From Squalus acanthias (lineage: Eukaryota), in the NCBI GenBank assembly GCA_030390025.1, contig CM059425.1:177198001-177262000 (forward strand): DNA of 64,000 bases. The letters run 5' to 3'. The notes below the pieces were generated by a model, which did not search any database, was not told where the DNA came from, and saw nothing but the letters and a program-made list of their open reading frames with translations. A program made the translations under genes and the position numbers. Below are positions 50,418-63,341 of the stretch, piece after piece (within the stretch, counting starts at the first letter, position 1; the number at the start of each line of letters is the position of its first letter).

Positions 50418-51359
50418 ATGGCAGGGCAGCTCGGCAGTGTGGAGTGCTCCTCCTGTGCTATGTGGGAAGTCAGGGACACTTTCAGTGTCCAGGGCGAACA
50501 CATGTGCAGGAAGTGTCTCCAGCTGCAGCTACTCGAAATCCACGTTTCGGAGCTGGAGCTGCGGCTGGAGTCACTGTGGAGCATCCGCGAAGCTGAGATC
50601 TTCGTGGATAGCACGTTTAACGAGGTGGTCACACCGCAGGTAAAGAGTGCACAGGAAGACAGAGAATGGGTGACCGTCAGACAGAGTAAAAGAACTAGGA
50701 AGGTAGTGCAGGAGTCCCCTGGATCCATCTCCCTCTCCAACAGATTTTCTGTTTTGGATATTGCTGGGGGAGATGGTTTCTCAGGGAAATGCAGCAAGAG
50801 CCAAGTCTGTGGCACTACGAGTGGCTCAGCTGCACAGGAGGGGAGGAAAAAGAGTGGGAGAGCAATAGTGATAGGGGAACAGATAGACGTTTCTGTGGCC
50901 GCAGACGTGACTCCAGGATGGTATGTTGCCTCCCTGGTGCCAGGGTCAAGGATGTCACTGAGCGGCTGCAGGGCATTCAGAAGGGGGAGGGCGAACAGTC
51001 AGATGTCGTGGTTTACATTGGTACCAACGACATAGGTAGAAGGAGGGATGAGGTCCTGCAACAAGAATTTAGGGAGCTAGGTAACAGATTAAAAAGCAGG
51101 ACCTCAAAGGTTGTAATCTCTGGATTACTCCCGGTAACACGTGCTAGCGAGTATAGGAATAGAAGGATAGAGCAGATGAATGCGTGGCTAAAGAGTTGGT
51201 GCAGGAGGGAGGGCTTTAGTTTCCTGGATCACTGGGTCTGCTTCTGGGGAAGGTGGGACCTGTACAAGTTGGACGGGTTGCACCTGAACCAGAATGGGAC
51301 CAACATCCTTGCGGGGAGGTTTGCTGGTATTGTTGGGGGGGGGGGGGGGTTTAAACTAA
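50418..51359 (+). pseudogene. CR1 ORF1: zinc finger/leucine zipper plus SGNH esterase (frameshifted near 50880)
   Basis: CSSCAMW...CRKC, LEIHVSELELRL, CCLPGARV, VYIGTND, DGLHL. Confidence 0.85.
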
Positions 51360-54300
51360 CTTGGCAGGGGGATGAGATACAGAGTGGTGCTATAGTAGGG
51401 GGTGATGCACAGCCAAATATAGAGGAAAAAACAAGGCAGCCTGGAAGGCAGAGCAAATATGTAATGGCACAAGGGAGTATGGCAAGGCTGGATGGCATTT
51501 ATTTTAATGCAAGGAGTCTTGCGAGTAAGGCAGATGAATTGAAGGTGTTGATGAACACATGGGAGTGTGATATTGCTGCTATCACAGAGACATGGTTGAG
51601 GGAGGGGTATAGAATCTTCAGGCGAGACAGAGGGGGGTGGAAAAGAGGAGGGGGTGTCGCAATATTAATCAAGGAGTCAATTACTGCTGTAAGGAGGGAT
51701 AATATCTTAGCAGGTTCCTCTAATGAGGCCTTATGGGTAGAACTTAAAAACAAAAAGGGGGCAAGCACTTTGCTGGGAGTGTACTATAGGCTCCCAAACA
51801 GTCAGGGGGAGATAGAGGAACAGATATGTAGGCAAATCTCAGAGAAGTGTAGAAATAAAAGGATAATAATAGTAGGGGATTTTAACTTCCCCAATATTAA
51901 CTGGGATAGTCAGAGTGTGAAAGTCTTAGAGGGTGCGGAATTCTTAAAGTGCATCCAGGAGAGCTTTTTGAGCCAGCATGTAGAAAGTCCTACAAGAGAG
52001 GTACTGGACCTAATTCTAGGGAATGTAGCTGGGCAAGTGGTAGAAGTGTCAGTAGGAGAGCATATTGGTGACAGTGACCATAATTCGGTGAGATTTAAGG
52101 TAGTCATGGAAAAGGACAAAGATGGACCAGAAATAAAGGTTCTAAATTGGGGGAAGGCCGATTTTAATATGATAAGGCAGGATCTGGCCAAAGTGAACTG
52201 GGATCAGCTACTTGTAGGAAAATCCACATCAGAGCAGGGGGAGTCTTTCAGAAAGGAAATAGAGAGAGTACAACGCCAACATGTTCCCGTAAAGGTCAAG
52301 GGTGGGACCAACAAGCCCAGGAAACCCTGGGTGTCAAGGGATATACAAGAATGGATTAGGAAAAAAAGGGAGGCTTTTGGCAGATACAAAGGACTAAAAA
52401 CAGTGGAAGCCCTAGAGGAGTATAGAAAGTGCAGGGGGTTACTTAAAAAAGAAATTAGGAGAGCGAAGAGGGGGCATGAAAAAACACTGGGGGGGGGGGG
52501 CAAAATAAAGGAAAATCCCAAGGTGTTTTATAAGTATATTAAGGGCAAAGGATAACCAGGGAAAGAGTAGGGCCCATTAGGGACCAAAGTGGCAACCTGT
52601 GTGTAGAGCCGGAAGATGTGGGTGAGGTTTTAAATAAATATTTTGCATCTGTGTTCACTGTGGAGAAGGACGATGTATGCATAGAACTCAGGCAGGGGGA
52701 TTGTGATATACTTGAACAAATTAGTATTCAGAGGGAGGAGGTACAGGAAACTCTCTTTTAACCGACACCTAAATATCCGGAAATCTCTCTTAACCGGCAA
52801 AATTCAGGAGTAGGTTCAGGTAAGTTTTACTATATATTAGTGGCCGTGTAACCGGGACTCCTGCACAAGTGCCATGTAACCGGGGCTCCTGCACCTGTGG
52901 CCGTGTACGGGGCTCTCGTACCTTGGTAAGTATACCTCTCTGTAATCCGGACTTTTTGATCAACCGGCACCACGCCGGTCCCGTCGGTGCTGGTTAATAA
53001 AGAGTTTCCTGTACTAGCGGTTTTAGCGGGCTTAAAAGTGGATAAATCCCCAGGCCCAGACGAGATGTATCCCAGGCTGCTGTGTGAGGCAAGGGAGGAG
53101 ATTGCAGGGGCTCTGACACAAATTTTCAGAACCTCTCTGGCCACACGGGAGGTGCCAGAGGACTGGAAAACAGCTAACGTAGTACCATTATTCAAGAAGG
53201 GTAGTAGGAATAAACCAGGGAATTAGAGGCCAGTGAGCCTAACATCAGTGGTAGGGAAATTATTGGAAAAAATTCTGAGGGACAGAATTAGTCTCCACTT
53301 GGAGAGGCAAGGATTAATCAAGGATAGTCAGCATGGCTTTGTCAGTGGGAGATCATGTCTAACCAATTTGATTGAATTTTTTGAGGGGGTGACTAGGTGT
53401 GTGGATGAGGGTAGTGCAGTTGATGTAGTCTACATGGACTTCAGTAAGGCTTTTGACAAAGTCCCGCATGGGAGACTGGTCAAGAAGGTAAGAGCCCATG
53501 GGATCCAGGGCAATTTGGCACATTGGATCCAAAATTGGCTTAGTGGCAGGAGGCAGAGGGTGATGGTCGAAGGTTGTTTTTGTGACTGGAAGCCTGTGTC
53601 CATTGGTGTACCGCAGGGATCAGTGCTGGGTCCTTTGCTGTTTGTAGTGTACATTAATGATTTAGATATGAATGTAGGAGGTATGATCAGTAAGTTCGCA
53701 GATGACACGAAAATTGATGGAGTGGTAAATAGCGAGGAGGGAAGCCTCAGGCTACAGGATGATATAGACGGGTTGGACAGATGGGCAGAACAGTGGCAAA
53801 TGGAATTTAACCCTGAAAAGTGTGAGGTGATGCATTTTGGGAGGACTAACAAGGCAAGGGAATACACAATGAATGGTAGGACCCTAGGAAGGACAGAGGA
53901 TCAGAGAGACCTTGGTGTGCATGTACATAGATCCCTCAAGGCAGCAGGACAGGTAGATAAGGTGGTTAAGAAGGCATATGGGATACTTGCCTTCATTAGC
54001 CGAGGCATAGAATATAAGAGCAGGGAGGTTATGATGGAGCTGTACAAAACGCTAGTTAGGCCACAGCTGGAATACTGTGTGCCAACTATAGGAAGGATGT
54101 GATTGCATTAGAGAGGGTGCAGAGGAGATTCACCAGGATGTTACCTGGGCTGGAATGCTTCAGCTATGAAGAGAGACTGAATAGGCTGGGGTTGTTTTCC
54201 TTAGTGCAGAGAAGGCTGAGGGGGGACCTGATTGAGGTGTACAAAATTATGAGGGGCATAGATAGGGTAGATAGAAAGGAACTTTTCCCCTTAGTAGAGG

Positions 54301-54521
54301 GGTCAATAACCAGGGGGCATAGTTTCAAGGTAAGGGGCAGGAGGTTTAGAGGGGATTTGAGGAAAAACTTTTTCACCCAGAGGGTGGTTGGAATCTGGAA
54401 CTCACTGCCTGAAAGGGTGGTAGAGGCAGGAACCCTCACAACATTCAAGAAGCATTTAGATGAGCACTTGAAACGCCATAGCATACAAGGCTACGGACCA
54501 AGTGCTGGAAAATGGGATTAG
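51350..54521 (+). pseudogene. CR1 ORF2: APE endonuclease + reverse transcriptase, disrupted
   Basis: YFNARSL, ITETWL, GDFNFP, SDH, KSPGPD, QHGF, YMDFSKAFDKV, GVPQGSVLGP, KFADD. Confidence 0.92.
52744..53011. mobile_element. Tc1/mariner-superfamily (Tigger/pogo-like) MITE inside CR1 ORF2
   Basis: TIRs CAGGAAACTCTCTTTTAACC and GGTTAATAAAGAGTTTCCTG; TA TSD. Confidence 0.85.
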
Positions 54522-54593
54522 AATAGATAGGGCTTGATGGCCGGCGCGGACATGATGGGCCGAAGGGCCTCTTTCTGTGCTGTATAACTCTAT

Positions 54594-55046
54594 GGGCTGG
54601 ATTTTCATAGACCCGTGGAGGCAGGTTTGGAGACGTGTGGGGGCTAAAATTGTGAAAAGTGGTGGGCGGACCCGATCCCGCCTCCATTCCACTTCCACGC
54701 AATTTTGATGAAATCGTGTGCGGTGGTCCTGTCTCCGTCCCGCCTCCAAGAGGCGGGAGAGGCCATTAAAGCCCTTAACAAGCCTTAAATTGGCTCTGTA
54801 ATGCCATTTTGAAACGTTTTAGCTAGTTTAAACCTTTTCCCACGTGAAGCATGCCTGATCTGAAACACGCCAGTGAAACCTGGCGGGAGCACAAGTGGAT
54901 AGCTGACTATCAGCTGCAGGTCCACTATTACAACGGAGATGTGATGAAGGTAGTATTAGGTCTGAAAGTCGCCTCTGATGCTGCTGCATTGAATGTCTTC
55001 AGAGACTGCCTGGCCTTTGCTCTGAGAGGACCTGGATGCAAAAAAA

Positions 55047-55083
<37 letters not shown>

Positions 55084-55345
55084 ATGCTGCTCATTTTGCA
55101 TCCAGGTCCTCTCCACAACAAAGGCCAGTCAGTCTCTGACCTGCAATGCAACAATAATGATGACATCATCAGAGGCGACTTTCAGACTGAAACCACTAAT
55201 TGGTTCATGGGTTCCCACATGCTGGAACTCAATTGCCCAATTAAGTGAAAATTGCATCAATCTCCCACATCCAATTGCAGACGGGTGGATAACACGAAAT
55301 GTGGATGACACGACCCCAACCCGACCCAGTATCAAAATGCAGCCC
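54594..55345. mobile_element. Harbinger MITE (B-family ends)
   Basis: GGGCTGGATTTTCA and TCAAAATGCAGCCC; TSD TAT. Confidence 0.88.
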
Positions 55346-55356
55346 TATGACTCTAT

Positions 55357-56040
55357 GGGCTGGATTTTCATTGACCCGTGGAGGCGGGTTTGGAGGCGTG
55401 TGGGGGGTTAAAATTGCGAAAACTGGCGGGTGGGCACAAGTCCGCCTCCATCCTGCCTCCATGCAATTTTCATTAAATCGTGTCTGCTGGTCCCGACTCC
55501 GTCCCGCCTTTAAGAGGTGGGATAGGTTGTTAAGGCCCTTAACAAGCACTAAATTGGCTCTATAATGCCATTTTGAAAGGCCTTTGTGATTTTAACCCTT
55601 GTTATACGTGAAGCACGCCTGTTCTGAACCACGATTGTGAAACCTGGCGGGAGCACATTTGGATATGGATAGTTGACGCTGGCTGGCTAGCTAGCTATGG
55701 GGATGGATGTATATATGGATGGAGAGGAGACATATCTGGGAGTGGTGGTGTAAAACTATCTGGGTGCAGACTTAGGACTGCTGCTGCTCATTTTGCAGGT
55801 CCTCTCACAGCAAAGGCCAGGCAGTGTTTGAAGACCTTCAATGCAGCAGCAATGATGACATCATCAGAGGTGACTTTCCGACTGAAAACACTAATTAGTT
55901 CATGGGTTCCCTCATGCTGGAACTCAATTGCCCAATTAGGTGAAAATTGCATCAATCTCCCACATCCAATTGCAGTCGGGTGGATAACACAAAAAGTGGA
56001 TGACACGACCCCAACCCGCCCCAGTATCAAAATCCAGCCC
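55357..56040. mobile_element. Harbinger MITE (B-family ends)
   Basis: GGGCTGGATTTTCA and TCAAAATCCAGCCC; TSD TAT; left ~300 bp very close to 40750-41055. Confidence 0.88.
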
Positions 56041-56517
56041 TATGACTCTATCACTTACCTGCAAACTCATGTCTGTACATTGGGTCTCCTTTCCCTTCAT
56101 TTTTGCCTATTATTTGGTCTATTAAGTTGCCCACCCAGATACAAGCCTGCTGAAAACTGCTTAGTTCTGTGTGTTGCTCAGTTTAATTCCAGAATGGAAT
56201 GTGGCCTGGCTGGTCCAATATATCATCTGCCTTTCTGTGTGAATCTGAACCTTATTAGAGAGGGTTGACGTCTGCCCCAGAGTGGAGCTAGGAAGACCAG
56301 GGCCGCCTGTTACAGAATTCAGTGCAACACCACTGCTACTGTTCATCTCTGAGTAGTAACCCAGCCAAGTTGTTTCAAGTTATTAATTGGTAGCTGATAG
56401 CTGTAATAGAAGATTGTAACCAATAGGGATTGCATGGCACCAGGAAATAGCACACTGCTCTTTCATACCCGCATCTGGATTTGAATCCGTCCTAGATTGC
56501 TGGGATGAAAATCTTCT

Positions 56518-56648
56518 GACGAAGGGTTATCGACCTGAAACGTTAACTCTGTTTCTCTCTCTACATATGCTGCCTGACCTGCTGAGTATTTCCAGCATTT
56601 TCTGTTTTTATTTAAGATTTCCAGCATCCGCAGTATTTTTTGCTTTTG
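56518..56648 (+). mobile_element. 131-bp Penelope derivative starting within a hammerhead core (56514-56548)
   Basis: CTGACGA-A-GGGTT(ATC)GACCT-GAAA-CG-TT-AACT; 12-bp TSD TGAAAATCTTCT. Confidence 0.8.
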
Positions 56649-56931
56649 TGAAAATCTTCTCTCTTTGCTGGTATAGTGGTCTCAGGTGAAATTAGCAATA
56701 CCAGTTTTGGCTCAGTTCTTTGTAAGCACAGCACAAAAAATGCATGTGGCTCAACACAAGCTTTTCAAACAGTGCTTAAAACACCTTTCGAGACAGAATA
56801 GAGTGAGCTGTGCTGTTCATTTGGTGCTTCACAAGGACATAAGACAGCGAAAGTCAAAAAGTCTTCCATTCTCTTGCAGTATTGCGAGGACCACAAGATG
56901 TTCTGAAAAGAAAATGGGGTTGATTGTCCTA

Positions 56932-57110
56932 AAGAAAGAAATAACTTGCATTTATATAGCGCCTTTCACTACCTCAGGATGTCCCAAAGCACGCTACCGC
57001 AAATGAAGTGCTTTTTGAAGTGTAGTCACTGTTGTAATGTAGGAAAGCAGCAGTTAATTTGCACACAGCAAGGTCCCTCAAATAACAATGAGATAATGAC
57101 CAGATACACT
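56932..57110 (-). mobile_element. Deu-SINE 3' part with L2-like tail
   Basis: GGGACATCCTGAGGT...AAAGGCGCTATATAAATGCAAGT on the minus strand. Confidence 0.65.
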
Positions 57111-57277
57111 GTTGTAACATCAGTGGTGTAGGACTTCCAGCTGGCCTATGCTTGCAACCCTGATTTCAGCCAATTTCCCAAGGTCACGGTCATTTGAATA
57201 TGTTTGGTGGGCTCCCCACAGGATTCCCTCCCACATTGGGGACCCCACCTTGTGGGAGAGAGGTAAGTTGCTGCATT

Positions 57278-57580
57278 GCCATGGGACCCTGCTGCATGGC
57301 CACGGGACCCTGCCCAATTGCCATGGGACCCTGCGGTAGGTCATGGGACCCTGCCCAATTGCCATGGGACCCTGCGGTAGGTCATGGGACCCTGCCCAAT
57401 TGCCATAGGACCCTGCGGTAGGTCATGGGACCCTGCCCAATTGCCATGGGACCCTGCGGTAGGTCATGGGACCCTGCCCAATTGCCATAGGACCCTGCGG
57501 TAGGTCATGGGACCCTGCCCAATTGCCATGGGACCCTGCTGTAGATCACGGGACCCTGCTGCATGGCCAGGGGACCCTGG
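57278..57580 (+). repeat. Minisatellite, 41-bp dimeric unit (21+20 bp), about 6 copies
   Basis: GGGACCCTGCCCAATTGCCAT-GGGACCCTGCGGTAGGTCAT. Confidence 0.9.
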
Positions 57581-58199
57581 TGCAGTGTAGCATGGCCTTC
57601 GGGCTCTGGGACAACTGAAGAATTTTATTTTGTTTTATAATACTTTTTTGCAACATTGGGGCTGAAAAATTTAAATCCCCCTTCCCACACCATAATGAAG
57701 TTGTGTGTCAGCAATGCACTGGGTTCCTCACATCCAGCACTTCTTTGGTGGGAAATTCTTCATTCGAAAATGTCAGCCTATATTTGGCCTTGATATGGGA
57801 AGTCCAGTGGGAAATCACAGAAGTGGTGGTGAGCTAATGGAACGAATAACTCCCCACCCGATTTCTTCCTCTGTCTGCTGGAGTTATGTCATCAGGCTGG
57901 CATAACATCAGAAAATGTGTTTAAAAAGCTGAGTTCTGTAAATAACATTCTGTAGAAATATGAAGTCGAATTGTCAATGAAGGAACAATAGAAATACCCC
58001 GTTCCAAAATTACAACGATCAACTTGGATCAGTGTAAATTGGATAAAAGCCAATTAGATGCATGAAGGCAGCTTACATTGTGTCCTTCAATTCAGGCAAT
58101 CCAGGTTTAGACCAAGTGCATTATCAGGTCACAGTAATGAGCTGTAATTAGATGCCTTGAGGTCACAAGTAAAGAATGAAAAAAGGAACTGAGAATAAC

Positions 58200-58848
58200 A
58201 GATGGTGAAGAAGGCAAATGGTATGTTGGCCTTCATAGCGAAAGGGTTTGAGTATAGGAACAGGGATGTCCTGCTGCAGTTGTACAGGGTCTTGGTGAGA
58301 CCACACCTTGAGTATTGTGTGCAGTTTTGGTCGCCTTATCTGAGGAAGGATGTTCTTGCCATGGAAGGAGTTCAGCGAAGATTCACAAGGCTGATACCTG
58401 GGATGGCAGGAATGACATATGAGGAGAGATTGGGTCGATTGGGCTTATACTCGCTGGAGTATAGAAGAATGAGAGGGGATCTCATCGAAACATATAAAAT
58501 TCTTTCAGGTCTGGACAAACTAGATGCAGGAAGAATGTTCCCGATGGTCGGAGAGTCCAGAACCAGGGGTCATAATCTAAGGATAAGGGGTAAGCCATTT
58601 AGGACAGAAATGAGGAAGAATTTCTTCACCCAGAGAGTGGTGAACCTGTGGAATTCTCTACCACAAAAGGTAGTTGAGGCCAAGTCATTAAATATATTCA
58701 AGAATGAGTTAGATATATTTCTTAAAGCTAAAGGTATCAAGGGACATGGGGAGAAGGCAGGTACAGGGTACTGAGTTTGGATGATCAGCCATGATCTCAT
58801 CGAATGGCCTACTCCTGCTCCTATCTTCTATGTTTTTATGTTTCTATG
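58200..58848 (+). mobile_element. Young 5'-truncated CR1
   Basis: Open 190-aa RT C-terminus plus 3' UTR. Confidence 0.92.
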
Positions 58849-61024
58849 GTGCTAAATTACCCCAGGTGAGCAGATCATCGTCAAAAGTGAAATATGACCA
58901 AGTTGTGGTGAATGGATCTTGCTATCTATTGAAGTTAATAGATTGCTGACCAGAAATTGCAGCTGAGTTTTTTTGAGCAGCTAGTCATTGATTTTGATCA
59001 ATTTGTCAGGATTGCTAGAAAATATCCAGAGCATAAACTACTCATTACTGTAAAAATGAGGCTGTCTGGAGGAGAATGGAGGGATACAGTAAGAAAGTGG
59101 GTTTGTGACCAACCAAGGAAAGAAGAGCTTTGGGAAAACGTCCTTTTGTTATTCATAACATTTCCTATATTCCCACATGGTAATTTCCAAACTCCCCCTC
59201 CCCAACAAGTGAGGTGGCAAGTTAGTTCCCCAAGGGGGAGCGAGAATGATTGCCCAGCTCCTGTACTGAACATCATTGACAGAGGCCTGTGAGAGGAAAG
59301 CCTGCCTATCCTGCTAGAACTGTGGGTATAGAGGGAGACCAAAACAGGGAGGGAACTTCCTTAAAAAGAAGGAAATAAACTATCCAAAAAAGTCAACATT
59401 CACATCAAAAATAAACTATTTTCTTGCCAATATATATTTAGTGCTTTGTATTTATAGTGTATGTTTTGTATGAAGGAAAATGTTTTACAAAGTTCTCCTT
59501 AATTCATGCACCCATTATAGTTTTCTAGCATGAGAAACATATATAGTTAGCAGAGAAATCCCTGGAACAGACATCCATCAGGATTACACCACTGATAGAG
59601 GTATGAGTCACCCTTAAAACATTGATTGGGAGCACTTTTCATTCAGGGACATTGTTAAAATTGTCACAAGCACGTTTAATCACATTTTATTTCTGACCGT
59701 GACTCCTGTAAGTGATATACTTGTACAATGCCAGCTGTATAGTTCTGAGAAAGACTATTTGCATTACTATTTTTCATCACACATGACATTGATAGGTCAC
59801 ACCTGTTGTCCTAGTTTGCACTGTGCCCAGTGGAACTTATCCAAGTTAATGAACCTCAGCTAACTGAAAATGATTGGAGGACGTGTTGGGGGTGGGAGGG
59901 GGGTGAGGGGGGCGGGGGCGGTGTGGGTTGGTGATTAAACTTCTAGCAAAGCCTAATGTTTTCAGTACCAAAATGCATTGAACTCATTCATTGAATATTT
60001 GCTATATGAGACGTCTTTTCAATGAGCATCTTTCAAACAAAAGTTTAAGAGTTCATTTAACATGTTCAGCTTTTTCATAAAAGTCTTTAGGTAGCAGATA
60101 GAGATGGAGTTTGATCTGCGTATAGTTGAACAGTTGTTTACTGTAGAAAATACATTTGATATTTGAGGGAGGGCAGAGAGAATAAGAAAAAATGCTTCTC
60201 TGTGTTGCTGGAATGTCTCTGAGCTATGAAGTGCATTTTGAACTTGTTTAGTTTGAGTTATTGCAGGGTCTGTCTCACTGCTTGGCTGTACATGGCATCA
60301 AACAGTTTCATGAAAATGCTCTGCATTGAAGATGGAACATATGAAAAATAATATAACACACCCCAACACCACTTCTAGAAAGCTACCAATATTATGTTTT
60401 TAAAAATATTTGTTCATGGGATGTGGGCGTCGCTGGCAAGGCCAGCATTTATTGCCCATCCCTAGCTGCCCTTGAGAAGGTGGTGATGAGCCGCCTTCTT
60501 GAACTGCTGCAGTCCGTGTGATGATCCATCACCGACTGCATTCTTTTAACTCCATGGCATTGCCCATCTCTACCCCTACCTCCCCCACTCTGCTACTGAT
60601 ACCCTTATCCACCCCTTTAATACCTTGCAGTTCAATTTCACCACAGCTCTCCTTTCCAGCCTCCCCACAAACCCACATGGTAGAGGAAGTGTGAAGGAGG
60701 GAACTAAGGGGCTACGTGACAATTATATGGTTGACTTTGATGTTAAAGCAGGCCCATTCTCAATGATCAGGCAATTAAAATGGGAATTATTTCTAACACT
60801 TAAACAGTATTCTCTTTCACTCGGAATTTCCTTGGGGGTTCTCCCGATCAGCCGCTGTAAACTCAATGGAAGATCGATCACGTAAACCACGTAAATGAGA
60901 GCCCCATGAGGAAATTCCCAGCGTTTGTTTTTAAGCACCTGACAACAATTGAAACCAAAACATTGTCTGATTAGTATGAGCCAGAGTTAACATATAAAAT
61001 ATCCATTCTTCTTCAGAAGACCAA

Positions 61025-63341
61025 GGGGTAAGATTTCCACAGGGATTCTGCTGCTCTCCCGCCATACCTTTGGCAGAAGATTGGTGGATGCACCGTAAAT
61101 AGCTGTTTACATTGGCCCAGAATTTGGTGCCAAAATAACGGCGAGTTTACTGGCACTCGATGTTACTAACGTGTAAATTGGCCAAAAACTTGTGGCGAGG
61201 AAGAGATACCCCGTGAATTGTGAATCGCCACAGGTTGATGGTCGATTTCCGCCACTCTGCCGTTAGCATCACAAAAATGGCAGCTCGTCCCCAACCTCCC
61301 CGTTAGTTTTATGAAGTTGCTGCATTTGCACATTAATTGCCCATTAAATTCACCGCAGAAAGTTAGGCCTAGTAATTAACAGCGTAATACCTGTTTAATG
61401 AGGAGATTTATGTTGCTGCAATGACAATCAAACTCTCCAGCCCAGAAAGGGAACAATTTAAAATTTGGGCCGGAGTTTTAATCTGGAGGTGGATGGGGTA
61501 AGAAAGTGGTTGGAAAACTCTGGAGAACGGGTTTCCCGGAGGCCTTTCCAGAATTTAATGATGGAGCGGCTGGCTGGCTGTCGGGCGGGTAGGCCTGCGG
61601 CACTAGGCTGCAGAGAGGGGGGAGGGAGGGATCGAGGGGCGGGGGTGGTTGGGCGACGGAGGAGGATCAGGGTCAGAGCATTGGGGACTGGGGATGGTCA
61701 ATTGGGGCTGGAGGAGGATTGAGAGGGGCTGAAATGAGGCCAGAGAAGGTTTGGGGGGGTGAATCGGAGCCAGAGGCGGATCAGGGCTGGAGGATCGGGG
61801 CAAGAGAAGGAACGGTGGGGTGGGGGAAAGAAATTGGGGCCAGAGGAGTATCGGGGCCAGAGGCAGATTGGGTGGGTGGTCAGGAGAAGGAGGAAGATCA
61901 GAGTGACTGAATCGGGGCCGGAGGAGCATCAGGGGGTGGGGCTGAATCGAGGCTGGAGGAGGATCGGGGCGGTGGGGGTGAATCGGGGCCAGAGGAGGAT
62001 CGGGGCGGTGGGGGTGAATCGGGGCCAGAGGAGGATCGGGGCGGTGGGGGTGAATCGGGGCCAGAGGAGGATCGGGGCGGTGGGGGTGAATCGGGACCAG
62101 AGGAGGATCGGGGCGGTGGGGGTGAATCGGGGCTGGAGGAGGATCGGGGCCGGAGGAGCATCAGGGGGCGGGGCCTGAGGAGGATCGGTGGGGGGGTGAG
62201 TCAGGACCGGAGGAGGATTGGGGGTGGGGGAGGATCGAAGGGGGTGAATCAAGGCTGGAGAAGGATCGAGGCCGGAGGAGGATCGGCGGGGCGGTGGGGG
62301 TGAATCGGGGCCGGAGGAGCATCAGTGGGGGGGTGGGGGTGAGTCAGGGCTGGAGGAGGATTAGTGGTGGGGGGGTGTCTGAATCGGGGTAAGAGGAGGA
62401 TATGGGCCGAAGGAGGATCGGGGGGTGGTCGGGGCCGGAAGGTGATGGGGAGGGGGTGATCGGGGGCTGGAGGAGGATTGGGTCTGGAGGGGGGAGACCG
62501 GGAAGGCGATCGAGGGCCGGAGCGGGGAGGTCGGAGGCCGGAAGGGGGAATCGGAGCCCTCAGGCGGGGGGGGTGGGGGGGGGGGCGGGGGGGAGGTCGG
62601 AGGCCTCGGGGGTGAGGTTGGGGGGATAGTGGAAGGGTTGAGGGGGTGTCCGATGCGGGGGGTGGAAAGGTACTTACCTCCTGGATCCAGCAGTCCTCGC
62701 CTCCCTTTAGCTGGCGGGTTCCCAAGATCCGGAATCCCGAGCAGCCAGAATTAAATTTGAAATGGTGGATCACCAGGAGGCCTGCCAGCCTCATTATAAT
62801 ATTTAAGTGGGCGACCCGCCCCTGTCCCGCCTCCATTAAAACTGGAAGTGGGCGGGATGGAGACGGGTTGGGATCGGTTTCAGTTGTTAAAATTCCCCTC
62901 ATAAAGTCTCATTCCCACAGGTAGTTAATTGGTGTTGAGATATTTAAAATTTAAAATGTTTCTTTTTCTCACTTTTCCTTTCTGTCTCTTTTCTCTTTCT
63001 CTTTCTTAATCCAATCTTTCTTTATTTTTCATTCTGTACCTGTTTTGACGCTAATTCACTCTCCTTCTCTGTCATTCCTTTGTTTATATCTCAATCCTTA
63101 AATCTTATTGGTTAAGGAGATACATTGTTGGTTCTGTCATTCACTAAGGTCCCAGATACTCCGTGCCTTCACCACGCCATTATCAGCTCACACTTCCAGC
63201 AACTTACAGGGCAAAAGTGTGTTGAGCTGAAAGGTGTAACTAACTGCCTCGCTCCAGCAGGATCTGGGCCGTTATTTCTCTCGGGTTTCTGCCACAGTTA
63301 TGGCGGAAGATCGAGGGAGCTCCCAAAGAAATTCTTCCCCC
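61025..63341. mobile_element. Three nested Harbinger-type MITEs (about 61025-63341 > 61114-63270 > 61467-62900)
   Basis: Paired ends GGGGTAAGATTTC/GAAATTCTTCCCC, GGCCCAGAATT/GGATCTGGGCC and GGGCCGGAGTTTTAA/TTAAAATTCCCCTC. Confidence 0.6.
61900..62400 (+). repeat. G-rich minisatellite (~36-bp unit)
   Basis: GAGGAGGATCGGGGCGGTGGGGGTGAATCGGGGCCA repeated. Confidence 0.85.

Larger units (their letters stand above)
50065..54593 (+). mobile_element. Near full-length CR1 LINE
   Basis: 5' UTR, ORF1, ORF2, 3' UTR and (CTCTATGA)n-type tail. Confidence 0.93.

Noticed and set aside
50789..52555. 588-aa ORF as a novel esterase-endonuclease gene
   Set aside because: It is CR1 ORF1 plus ORF2 joined through a 15-G homopolymer of unreliable length; not a host gene
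57278..57580. CRISPR-like array (GGGACCCTGC with short intervening sequences)
   Set aside because: Intervening sequences are repeated rather than unique, too short, and the context is eukaryotic with no cas genes
58957..59292. 111-aa ORF in unique AT-rich DNA
   Set aside because: Non-ATG start, no recognisable domain or exon boundaries
61603..62902. Pro/Gly-rich repetitive ORFs
   Set aside because: Translation of a minisatellite
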